NCBI GenBank assembly: GCA_965204175.1
Contig: OZ241978.1
Location: 775,741-839,740, forward strand
Length of the DNA stretch: 64,000 bases
DNA from: Vicinamibacterales bacterium
GTDB taxonomy: Bacteria; Acidobacteriota; Vicinamibacteria; Vicinamibacterales; UBA8438
Direction: 5' to 3'
The position numbers were made by a program, and so were the translations under genes. The notes below the pieces were generated by a model. The model saw only the letters and a list, made by a program, of their open reading frames with translations, did no database searches and was not told where the DNA came from. Positions within the stretch are counted from its first letter, which is position 1, and the number at the start of each line of letters is the position of its first letter. Positions 9,497 through 17,003 of this stretch are shown in pieces.

Positions 9497-9759
9497 TGCC
9501 GTTCCGCCATCTGCGACAGTCGTCTCGATCCGCGGATGCGTTCGACGTACTCCGCACCGGTCTCCGGAAAGTCCTTCCAGGCACCGGCCGTTCGCCGGGC
9601 CACGCGTACCCGATCCGCCGTGCTCGGCTCGCGGCGCGGAGCGTACAGTTCGTCGATGGCCGCACGGATGAGCTCCGACACGGTGCAGCCGGTCGCCTGG
9701 CTCCGGCCCTTCAGAAGTCGTCCCTGTTCCTCGGTGAGGTAAATCTGCGTGCGCTGCAT
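9493..9759 (-). CDS. vapB: Ribbon-helix-helix (CopG-like) antitoxin partnering VapC
   Basis: MQRTQIYLTEEQGRLLKGRSQATGCTVSELIRAAIDELY is a classic RHH N-terminus. It has a 4-nt overlap with vapC. Confidence 0.8.
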   Translation of the reverse strand: MQRTQIYLTEEQGRLLKGRSQATGCTVSELIRAAIDELYAPRREPSTADRVRVARRTAGAWKDFPETGAEYVERIRGSRRLSQMAERQ

Positions 9760-9782
9760 GGGATGTATGCATGATACATCCC
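9760..9782. promoter_or_regulatory. Perfect 9-bp inverted repeat abutting the vapB start codon (putative operator, or terminator of the upstream gene)
   Basis: GGGATGTAT-GCATG-ATACATCCC lies directly 5' of the vapB ATG (9759) and 12 nt 3' of the stop of the 9795..11339 gene. Confidence 0.4.
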
Positions 9783-9794
9783 ATGTACGACGGA

Positions 9795-11339
9795 TCAGGC
9801 GCGTTCGACGTCGAACGCCACCACGTTGCGGGTGTCCCGGCTGAACTCAACGGCGACGAGGTAGACGGTGACGCCCGCCGCGCGGTGCTTGTCCGCGTAG
9901 CGGCGCTCCTTCAACTGTGACATTGCCGCGCCTTCGGAAGCCAGCTCCACCACCTTGAACTCGAACAGGTAGACGTTGTCGCCGAAGCGCACCGCCATGT
10001 CCGCGCGCCCGTGACTGGTCGAGTCCTCGACCGTGACGTCCAGCCCCAGCGCCGCGAAGTAAGAATAGAACACGCTGGCGTAGTAGCCTTCGTAGCGGGC
10101 GATGGCGTTACGGGTGTACCACTCGTAGGGGATACTCGAGAAGAAGGCGTGGAACAGCGCTTCCATCCCGGTGAAGTCGTTCGCGGCCAGCAGGTCGTAC
10201 AGGCGGTCGCTGTTGGCCTGCTGCCGCGCATCCTGCACCAGATGGCGCAGCAGGCTCCGGTTGAGGCTCTGCCGCACCTCCCGGTTCGGGTAGCCGAGCC
10301 GGTACTGTGTCTCGCCGCCCCGGTCGCGCGTGTGCTTGATGGTCAGGTAGCCGGTCTGGAACAGCAGCGCCTCGATGGCGATGGCCTCGACGTCGAAGGA
10401 GGAGAGCAGATCGCCGGTGGTGACCAGGCCGTCCAGTGCCGGTGAGCTCAACCGGCGTCCGATCAGCGTATCGACCAGGAACGTCGGCGTCGCGGTCTCG
10501 AACCAGTGGGCGGCGAACTCGCGCGTGTCGAACAGCAGCAGGACGTCGAACGGGTTGTATACCGACTCCGTCCCCCGCCAGTTGTAGCCGTTGTACCAGT
10601 CGCGAATCCGCTCCCGGTTCAGACTGGCCAGCTCTGCGGCGAACACGGTGTCCAGATCCGACTCGGTGTAGCCGCAGATGGCGTAGTAGCGCGGGTCCAG
10701 GGTGACGTCCTTGAGGTTGTTGAGGCCGGAGAAGAGGTTGACCTTGGAGAACCTGCTCACCCCGGTGACGAAGGCGAAGCGAACGTGGGCATCGGTGGTC
10801 TTGATGACGGCGTACAGGCCGCGCAGGTAGTCGCGATGGGCGCGGGCGACACCGGGGTTCTCCAGCGTGTCGAGAATCGGCTTGTCGTACTCGTCGACCA
10901 GCACCACCACGCGGCGCTCCAACTTCCGGTGGAGCGCCTGGATGAGGTGGCGAAAGCGCGCCGGCCCGGTATCGTAGCGCGCGGTGACGCCGTGCTCCTC
11001 CGCCAGGCTGTCCAGGTGCGCCATCACTTCGTCGTGCAGGCTGTCGGATGACCGGAAGTCGCCGCTGCCGAAGTCCAGGCGCAGTACCGGATGGCGTACG
11101 GACCAGTCCCAACGGTTGTGGATGTGCAGCCCGGTGAACAACGCTTCGTTGCCCTCGAACAGCTCCTTCACGGTGTCCAGGAGCAGGCTCTTGCCGAAGC
11201 GCCGCGGACGCGACAGGAAGTAGTGCGTACCTTCGTCGATCAGGCGCCCGAGGCAGGCGGTCTTGTCCACGTAGTAGCAATCCGCCTCCCGCAGTTTGGA
11301 GAACGTCTGCAGCCCGATGGGTAATCTGCGCCTGCGCAT
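9795..11339 (-). CDS. AAA-ATPase-like (PF09820-type) + PD-(D/E)XK nuclease (PDDEXK_9-type) protein
   Basis: Internal ATG at 11339 gives MRRRRLPIGLQTFSKLREADCYYVDKTACLGRLIDEGTHYFLSRPRRFGKSLLLDTVKELF, which is the family hallmark. The C-terminus HGRADMAVRFGDNVYLFEFKVV is the nuclease core. Confidence 0.85.
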   Translation of the reverse strand: MRRRRLPIGLQTFSKLREADCYYVDKTACLGRLIDEGTHYFLSRPRRFGKSLLLDTVKELFEGNEALFTGLHIHNRWDWSVRHPVLRLDFGSGDFRSSDSLHDEVMAHLDSLAEEHGVTARYDTGPARFRHLIQALHRKLERRVVVLVDEYDKPILDTLENPGVARAHRDYLRGLYAVIKTTDAHVRFAFVTGVSRFSKVNLFSGLNNLKDVTLDPRYYAICGYTESDLDTVFAAELASLNRERIRDWYNGYNWRGTESVYNPFDVLLLFDTREFAAHWFETATPTFLVDTLIGRRLSSPALDGLVTTGDLLSSFDVEAIAIEALLFQTGYLTIKHTRDRGGETQYRLGYPNREVRQSLNRSLLRHLVQDARQQANSDRLYDLLAANDFTGMEALFHAFFSSIPYEWYTRNAIARYEGYYASVFYSYFAALGLDVTVEDSTSHGRADMAVRFGDNVYLFEFKVVELASEGAAMSQLKERRYADKHRAAGVTVYLVAVEFSRDTRNVVAFDVERA

Positions 11340-11444
11340 GCTCGATTTCACCGACGGCTGGAGCGCGTCGAGCCCGCCTCTCCGTTCCGGGGAGGGCGCG
11401 GCGCCGGCCGCGTGAGAGGCCGGCTGCCGTCGAACGTGTGGGTT

Positions 11445-11482
11445 CGACCGGCGGGCGCGGAAACCTCGCCGCCCGCCGGTCG
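11445..11482 (-). terminator. 13-bp GC hairpin directly after the selenoprotein-candidate stop
   Basis: CGACCGGCGGGCG (11445-11457) pairs with CGCCCGCCGGTCG (11470-11482), with a 12-nt loop. It begins 6 nt downstream of the stop at 11489-11491 on the minus strand. There is no U-tract. Confidence 0.4.
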
Positions 11483-11488
11483 GGCGTT

Positions 11489-12634
11489 CTAGTCCTGCTG
11501 CAGCGCGCGGGTGCGGTCGAGCGGCTGCACCGCCAACGTCCAGGTGAGCGGCACCGACTCGGGATTGAAGCAGACCTTGTCGTCGCACGCCTGGTAGTCG
11601 AGCCGGCCGGTCAGCGTCAGCGCGTCGATCTCGGCGAGCCGGGCGGTCGACTCGGGATCGCCCTCCACCACGATTTCCTGCACGAGCCGGAACGGCCGCT
11701 GGTACACCGGCACGCGCTCGTCGAGCGGCTCGAAGTGGTAGATCTCCGACGCCGGATACTCCGCCGGCAGCGCCCGCAGGTAGCTCGGCGTGTCCAGGCT
11801 GAGGCCGATCACCCGGTAGCCCATCTCGGCCGCGCCCGGCGCGTAGACGTGCATCTTCGCCTTGGGCGTGATGTCGAGCGCGAGATGGAAGCGGCTGCCG
11901 ACGGTGATGTCCGGGTTGCTCTGCGACGCGGCGATCTCCAGGTGCGCGGTCTCGCCCGAGGAGCCCGAGATGCCCGAGAGCGGCGTGCCGAGCTTCAGCA
12001 TGATGTTCGCCGCGGTGTTGCGCTCGCGGTAGAACTCCTCGAAGAACCGCGAGGTCACGCGCCCGTCGCGGTCGACGACGAAGGTGCCCGGGAACGGCGT
12101 GCCGACGATCATCGGGTTGGCGCCGAAGACCGAGACGTACTGCGCCACGTCGGCCTTGACGTCCGCGTCGTCCCGGTTGGGGCCGATGCCCTCTTCGGCG
12201 ACGTGGTTGTAGATGCCGAAGGCGCGGATCGCCGACGAGTCGTCGTCCGAGAGCAGCGGCACGTCCGCGACGCCCTTCCGTTCCGCGAAGGCGGCCAGCA
12301 CTTCCTGCGAGTCGTAGCTGATGGCGGCGACGCCGAGTCCCTGTGCCCGAAGTTCACCGAGACGTTCTTGCAGCTCCACGAGCTGCGCTTTGCAGTACGG
12401 TCACCAGTCCGCCGAGCGGTGGAAGACCAGCATCGCGCCCCGTTCGCCCATGATGGAGTCGAGGGTCCGGATGCGGCCGTACTGATCGGGGAGGGCGAAG
12501 TCCGGAATCTTCTCGCCCACCTGCGGGCCGAGCGACGAGACGTCGATCGCCTCCCGCTCCTGCGCCGACGCCGTTACGTGCGCCAGGAGCACGACGGCGG
12601 CGGCGATCGTCAACGCCTGAAGCATGTGTGTCAT
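11489..12634 (-). CDS. Secreted peroxiredoxin-like (AhpC/TSA, PRX_like2-type) thioredoxin-fold protein fused to a DsbD-N/DsbC-like domain; in-frame TGA (12401-12403) at the catalytic Cys position, so candidate selenoprotein
   Basis: Track ORFs 12401..12814 and 11489..12379 are in the same frame, separated only by one TGA plus 7 sense codons. Read through, the join is ..GAMLVFHRSADW-[TGA]-PYCKAQLVELQERLGELRAQGLGVAAISYD.., which is the F-x-R-x-x-W-C-P-x-C redox motif with TGA in place of the first Cys. Signal peptide MTHMLQALTIAAAVVLLAHVTASAQ. The C-terminal part (..GRLDYQACDDKVCFNPE..) is DsbD-alpha-like. Confidence 0.7.
12370..12386 (-). promoter_or_regulatory. SECIS-like hairpin downstream of the in-frame UGA
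   Basis: The mRNA reads UGA CCG UAC UGC AAA GC-GCAGCUC-GUG-GAGCUGC. This is a perfect 7-bp stem starting 15 nt after the UGA, and the apical GU lies at positions 25-26 counted from the U of UGA. In E. coli fdhF the corresponding loop G and U are at 23-24. Confidence 0.5.
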
Positions 12635-12927
12635 GCGACAAATGGTAGCACCGGCACGGAAGCGCGTAGTGAACCGGCTGCCCACCGAGCGCCTCGGCAG
12701 CCGCCGGTCGAATTCGTCTTCGGGGAGCAGCGAGACGGGAGCTGCACTCATGACGGCGGGTAGGATACCCGGGTTTGCACGGTTGCACCGCGGTTGCCGT
12801 CCCGGTGCGCGCACTACCGACCTTCCAGGCAGTCAACCGACCGTCCCCGGCCCGCGAGGGAGCATTCCCGTTGGCCGTGCGGCCGTCGCGGTGTCACTGT
12901 ACACTTGCCCGATACCTGGGGGTGAGC

Positions 12928-13707
12928 ATGTCCGGATCGCGGACGTTCGTCGCGCTTTTCGCCGTCGTCTTCGCCGCCGCGCAGGCGCCGGCTTCCGCCT
13001 TCGCCCAGACCGATCCGCTCGAGATCATCGATCGCGTCGACCGCATGCTGCGGGGCGACTCGAGCCACGGCACCATGACGATGGAGGTCGTGACCGAGAA
13101 CTGGGACCGCAGCATGACGATGGAGGTCTGGTCGCTCGGCACCGACTACAGCCTGGTGCGCGTGCAGGCGCCCCGGCGGGAGGCGGGCACGGCGACGCTG
13201 AAGGCCGAGGACGACATCTGGAACTACCTGCCCAAGGTCGACCGCTCGATCAAGATTCCGGCGTCGATGATGGGCGGCTCGTGGATGGGCTCGCACTTCA
13301 CGAACGACGACCTCGTGAAGGACAGCCGCCTCATCGAGGACTACGACGTCGAGATCGCCTTCGAGGGGGAAGCTGACGGCGTCGCGGTCTGGGACTTCCT
13401 CCTGACGCCGAAGCCGGAAGCCCCGGTGGTCTGGGGGAGCATCGAGTACCGCATCCGGCAGGGCGACTACATGCCGCTGTGGACGAGGTTCTACGACGAG
13501 GACGGCGAGCTCGCCCGCACCATGGAGCACAGCGCGTTCACCGAGATGGGCGGGCGCCTGCTGCCGGCGGTGATGGACATGTACCCGGCCGACAAGCCGG
13601 GCGAGCGGACCACGATGCGCTACGAGGATCTCGAGTTCGACATCGACGTCGAGCCGTCGTTCTTCTCCCTGCGCAACTTGCAGGGCGGGCGGGGCCGGCG
13701 CCGGTGA
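12928..13707 (+). CDS. Outer-membrane lipoprotein-sorting (LolA-like) protein
   Basis: ATG at 12928 with signal peptide MSGSRTFVALFAVVFAAAQAPASAFA. Family-typical strings: DRMLRGDSSHGTMTMEV, DDIWNYLPKVDRSIKIPASMMGGSWMGSHFTNDDLVK. Confidence 0.8.
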   Translation: MSGSRTFVALFAVVFAAAQAPASAFAQTDPLEIIDRVDRMLRGDSSHGTMTMEVVTENWDRSMTMEVWSLGTDYSLVRVQAPRREAGTATLKAEDDIWNYLPKVDRSIKIPASMMGGSWMGSHFTNDDLVKDSRLIEDYDVEIAFEGEADGVAVWDFLLTPKPEAPVVWGSIEYRIRQGDYMPLWTRFYDEDGELARTMEHSAFTEMGGRLLPAVMDMYPADKPGERTTMRYEDLEFDIDVEPSFFSLRNLQGGRGRRR

Positions 13708-14963
13708 AGGAATCGCCCTGGCCGCGCATCGGCTGGCGCAATCTGGGTCGCAACCGCAAGCGGACCGCCCTGACCGCGCTCGGGCTCGGGGTGGGCTACT
13801 TCGCCTGCGTGTTCGTCGTCGGGTGGTCCGAAGGGATCATGTCCGAGCTGGTCGAGAACGCGACCTCGCTCGTCACCGGGCAGATCGAGATCCACGACGC
13901 CGAGTACCGGCCGGACCGGAGCCTGTACGACACCATCGGCGGCCGCGAGGGCGCCGACGTGGAAGCGCTGCTGCGCGCCATCGACGCGGACGAGGCGGTC
14001 GTGGCGTCGGCGCCGCGCGTCTACGCGGGGGGGCTGGTCAGCTCCGGCGAAGCGACCTCGGCCGGGATGTTCCTGGGGGTCGACCCCGAGCGCGAGGTGG
14101 CGTTGACCCGCTTCCTCGACACGCTGGTCGCAGGCGCGCTGCCGGTGGCCGGCCGCTACGAGCTGGTCATCGGCGAAGAGATGGGCCGGCAGCTCTCGGT
14201 CGGCGTCGGCGACGAGCTCGTCCTGGTGGGATCCGGCGCGGACGGGTCGATGGCGAACGACCTGTACACCGTGGCCGGCATCTACCGGACCGGGCTGGTC
14301 GAGTTCGACGCCTCGACCGTGGTGATGCGCATCGGCGACCTGCAGGAGTTCGTGGTGCTCGATCCGGATCGGATCCACGAGATCGCGGTCGCGACGGCCG
14401 AGCCCGACCTGGCCTCCGCTGCCGCGCAGCGCCTGTCCGGCGTGCTCGACGTGCCGGCGCGGCCGATCGTCGTCGCGTCCTGGGCGGAGCTGAACCCGGT
14501 ACTGGAAGAGTACGTGGCCCTGGCGGAGTCCTTCTACTGGATCATCATCGTCATCGTCTTTGCAGTGGCCGCCTTCGGCATCGCCAACACGATGCTGATG
14601 GCCACCTTCGAGCGCCGGCGGGAGTTCGCGGTCATGCTCGCCCTCGGGTCGACGCCGCGGGCCGTCATGGGCATCGTGGTGTCGGAAGCGCTGGCCATCG
14701 GCGCCGTCAGCCTCGCCGGCAGTGCGGCGGTCACCTTTCCGCTGATGGTGTGGCTGTACAACGCGCCGCCCAGCCTGGAGTGGCTCTACGGCAACGTCAC
14801 CCTGCAGGGCGCGCTGCTCACGCCGAGTCTGCGCGTCGGCTACAACGTGCCGGCCTGGACCTGGGCGTCGGTCGGGCTCCTGGTAACGGCCCTGGTCTCG
14901 GCGCTGTATCCGGCGGCCCGCGCCGCCCGCATCCCGCCGGCCGACACGCTGTCCGGGCTCTAG
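13704..14963 (+). CDS. ABC transporter permease, FtsX/MacB-like (1 of 2)
   Basis: GTG at 13704 overlaps the upstream stop (GTGA). IGWRNLGRNRKRTALTALGLGVGYF N-terminal TM, a large periplasmic domain, and a C-terminal FtsX 3-TM bundle (FGIANTMLMATFERRREFAVMLALG). Confidence 0.85.
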   Translation: MKESPWPRIGWRNLGRNRKRTALTALGLGVGYFACVFVVGWSEGIMSELVENATSLVTGQIEIHDAEYRPDRSLYDTIGGREGADVEALLRAIDADEAVVASAPRVYAGGLVSSGEATSAGMFLGVDPEREVALTRFLDTLVAGALPVAGRYELVIGEEMGRQLSVGVGDELVLVGSGADGSMANDLYTVAGIYRTGLVEFDASTVVMRIGDLQEFVVLDPDRIHEIAVATAEPDLASAAAQRLSGVLDVPARPIVVASWAELNPVLEEYVALAESFYWIIIVIVFAVAAFGIANTMLMATFERRREFAVMLALGSTPRAVMGIVVSEALAIGAVSLAGSAAVTFPLMVWLYNAPPSLEWLYGNVTLQGALLTPSLRVGYNVPAWTWASVGLLVTALVSALYPAARAARIPPADTLSGL

Positions 14964-14967
14964 AGAC

Positions 14968-16245
14968 ATGCATGCAAGGGTTCTCGTCGTGCTCGCGATG
15001 CGCAACCTGCGCCGGCAACTGAGGCGGACGCTGCTGACCGCGTCGGCCATGATCATCGGCGGCGGCCTGCTGGTCTTCTCGCTCACGTTCGGCGACGGGA
15101 GCCACGAGCAGTGGATCGACTCGGGGGTGCGGCTGGGCACCGGGCACGTAACGGTCGAACGGCCCGAGTTCCGCGTGCGCCGCCGCATAGACGACCGCCT
15201 GTCCTCCGAGGTGCGGCGCACGGTCGAGGAGGCGTTCGCATCGCCCGAGCTCGCCCCGTACGTCGTCGCGACGTCGTCGAAGCTCAGCATCAACGGCCTG
15301 GCGAGCTCGGCCGCCGGAGCCCGTCCCGCGCAGATCATGGCGGTCGACCCGGTCGCGGAATCGAAGTTCGGGATGCTGGACGAGCGGGTGGTCGAGGGAC
15401 GGTACCTGGAGGCGGACGACCGGCTGGCCGCGTTCGTCGGCGCCGAGATGGTCGAGAGCCTCGAGCTGCGCCTCGGCTCGCGTTTCGTGGTGCAGGCGCA
15501 GGACGCCGAGGGCGAGATCGCGGGACAGTTGCTCCGCGTGATCGGCACCTTCAGCAGCGGCGTGCCGGAGGTCGACCGTGCGCTGATTCACATTCCGCTC
15601 ACCACCGCCGGCGAGTGGCTCGGATCGCGGCAGGACGTCACCAACGTCGGGGTCCTGCTGAACGGCAGCGCCGCCACCGGACGCGTCGCCGACCGGCTCG
15701 AGCGCGTGCTGGCCGACCCGGTCGCGCGCGGCGAGGCGCGGGTGATGCGCTGGCGGGAAGCGGATCCGGCGCTCGCCGCGGCGGTGGCCATCGACGACTT
15801 CGGCAACTATCTGGTCCAGGGGTTCCTGTTCACCATCATCGGGTTCGGCATCGTCAACACCGTGCTGATGTCCGTGATGCATCGCTACCGGGAGTTCGGC
15901 GTGCTGCAGGCGCTCGGGTTGACGCCGGGGCAGACGGGCACGGTCGTGCTCATCGAGGGGCTTTCGCTGACGGCGATCAGCGGGTTCCTCGGTGTCGGCC
16001 TCGGCCTGCTGGGCACGTGGTACTTCCTCGGCGACGGCTGGGATCTCACCGCGATGATGGAGAACCTGGACGAGATGACCTTCTCGGGCGTCGCCGTCGA
16101 CCCGGTCATCGTGCCGCTGTTCACCGTGCGGCGCATCGTGCAGGTTCTCGTGTTCATCCTCTTCGTCGGCGCCATGGCCTCGATCTACCCGGCGTTGCGC
16201 GCCTCGAGAATCGACGTCACCGAGGCGATGAAGTTCGACCGTTGA
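14968..16245 (+). CDS. ABC transporter permease, FtsX/MacB-like (2 of 2)
   Basis: LAMRNLRRQLRRTLLTASAMIIGGGLLVF ... FGIVNTVLMSVMHRYREFGVLQALG ... YPALRASRIDVTEAMKFDR. Confidence 0.85.
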   Translation: MHARVLVVLAMRNLRRQLRRTLLTASAMIIGGGLLVFSLTFGDGSHEQWIDSGVRLGTGHVTVERPEFRVRRRIDDRLSSEVRRTVEEAFASPELAPYVVATSSKLSINGLASSAAGARPAQIMAVDPVAESKFGMLDERVVEGRYLEADDRLAAFVGAEMVESLELRLGSRFVVQAQDAEGEIAGQLLRVIGTFSSGVPEVDRALIHIPLTTAGEWLGSRQDVTNVGVLLNGSAATGRVADRLERVLADPVARGEARVMRWREADPALAAAVAIDDFGNYLVQGFLFTIIGFGIVNTVLMSVMHRYREFGVLQALGLTPGQTGTVVLIEGLSLTAISGFLGVGLGLLGTWYFLGDGWDLTAMMENLDEMTFSGVAVDPVIVPLFTVRRIVQVLVFILFVGAMASIYPALRASRIDVTEAMKFDR

Positions 16246-16292
16246 GCCGGCCGGATCGCACCAATCCGGCCGGACCATCCCCGGACTGTTCA

Positions 16293-17003
16293 ATGAGCCC
16301 CATCACCGATACGAACCACGCCGCCGTCCGGACCGCCGGAGTCTGGAAGATCTTCCAGCAGGAGGCCGAGGAGGTCCGGGCGGTCCGGGACGTCAGCCTG
16401 ACCGTCGAGCGGGGCGAGTTCACCGCGCTCGCCGGACCGTCCGGATCGGGCAAGACCACGCTGCTCAACCTCATCGGCGGCCTGACGCGGCCCACGCGGG
16501 GGCAGGTCTGGGTGGCCGGGCGCGAGGTCGGCGGGATGTCGAACCGCGAGCTCGCGCGGCTCCGGCTCGAACAGGTCGGCTTCGTCTTCCAGGCCTACAA
16601 CCTGCTGCCGGTCCTGACCGCGCTGGAGAACGCGGAGTTCCCGATGCTGCTGCAGGGCGTGGACCCCGCCGAGCGCCGTTCCCGCGTGCGGGAGCTGTTC
16701 GCGCGGACCGGCATGGACGGTCTGGAGGACCGGCGGCCGGGCAAGCTCTCGGGCGGGCAGCAGCAGCGGGTGGCGGTGGTGCGCGCGGTGGCGAGCAAGC
16801 CGGCCCTGGTGCTGGCCGACGAGCCGACCGCCAACCTCGATTCGCATTCCAGCGAGGCGCTGCTCGATGTGATGGCCGAGCTGAACCGCGACCTCGGGGT
16901 GACCTTCGTCTTCGCGACCCACGACGCGCGGGTCATGGAGCGCTCGCGGCGCCTCGTGCGCATGGTGGACGGAAACATCGACTCCGACGAGACGCGCGGG
17001 TGA
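16293..17003 (+). CDS. ABC transporter ATP-binding protein (LolD/MacB-type)
   Basis: Walker A GPSGSGKTT, signature LSGGQQQRV, Walker B LVLADEPT, H-loop ATHD. Confidence 0.95.
   Translation: MSPITDTNHAAVRTAGVWKIFQQEAEEVRAVRDVSLTVERGEFTALAGPSGSGKTTLLNLIGGLTRPTRGQVWVAGREVGGMSNRELARLRLEQVGFVFQAYNLLPVLTALENAEFPMLLQGVDPAERRSRVRELFARTGMDGLEDRRPGKLSGGQQQRVAVVRAVASKPALVLADEPTANLDSHSSEALLDVMAELNRDLGVTFVFATHDARVMERSRRLVRMVDGNIDSDETRG

Noticed and set aside
6674-9742. 1022-aa plus-strand ORF spanning the RND 3' half, the remnant gene and vapBC
   Set aside because: It is off-frame or antisense to four better-supported genes. Its composition (runs of R, G, A, P) is non-protein-like.
11489-12814. Treating 11489..12379 and 12401..12814 as two separate genes, or as a simple nonsense pseudogene
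   Set aside because: The stop falls exactly on the conserved redox Cys of one continuous thioredoxin-fold domain. The downstream piece would start (GTG) in the middle of that fold. A SECIS-like hairpin follows the TGA. A pseudogene cannot be excluded without the sel genes, so confidence is kept at 0.7.
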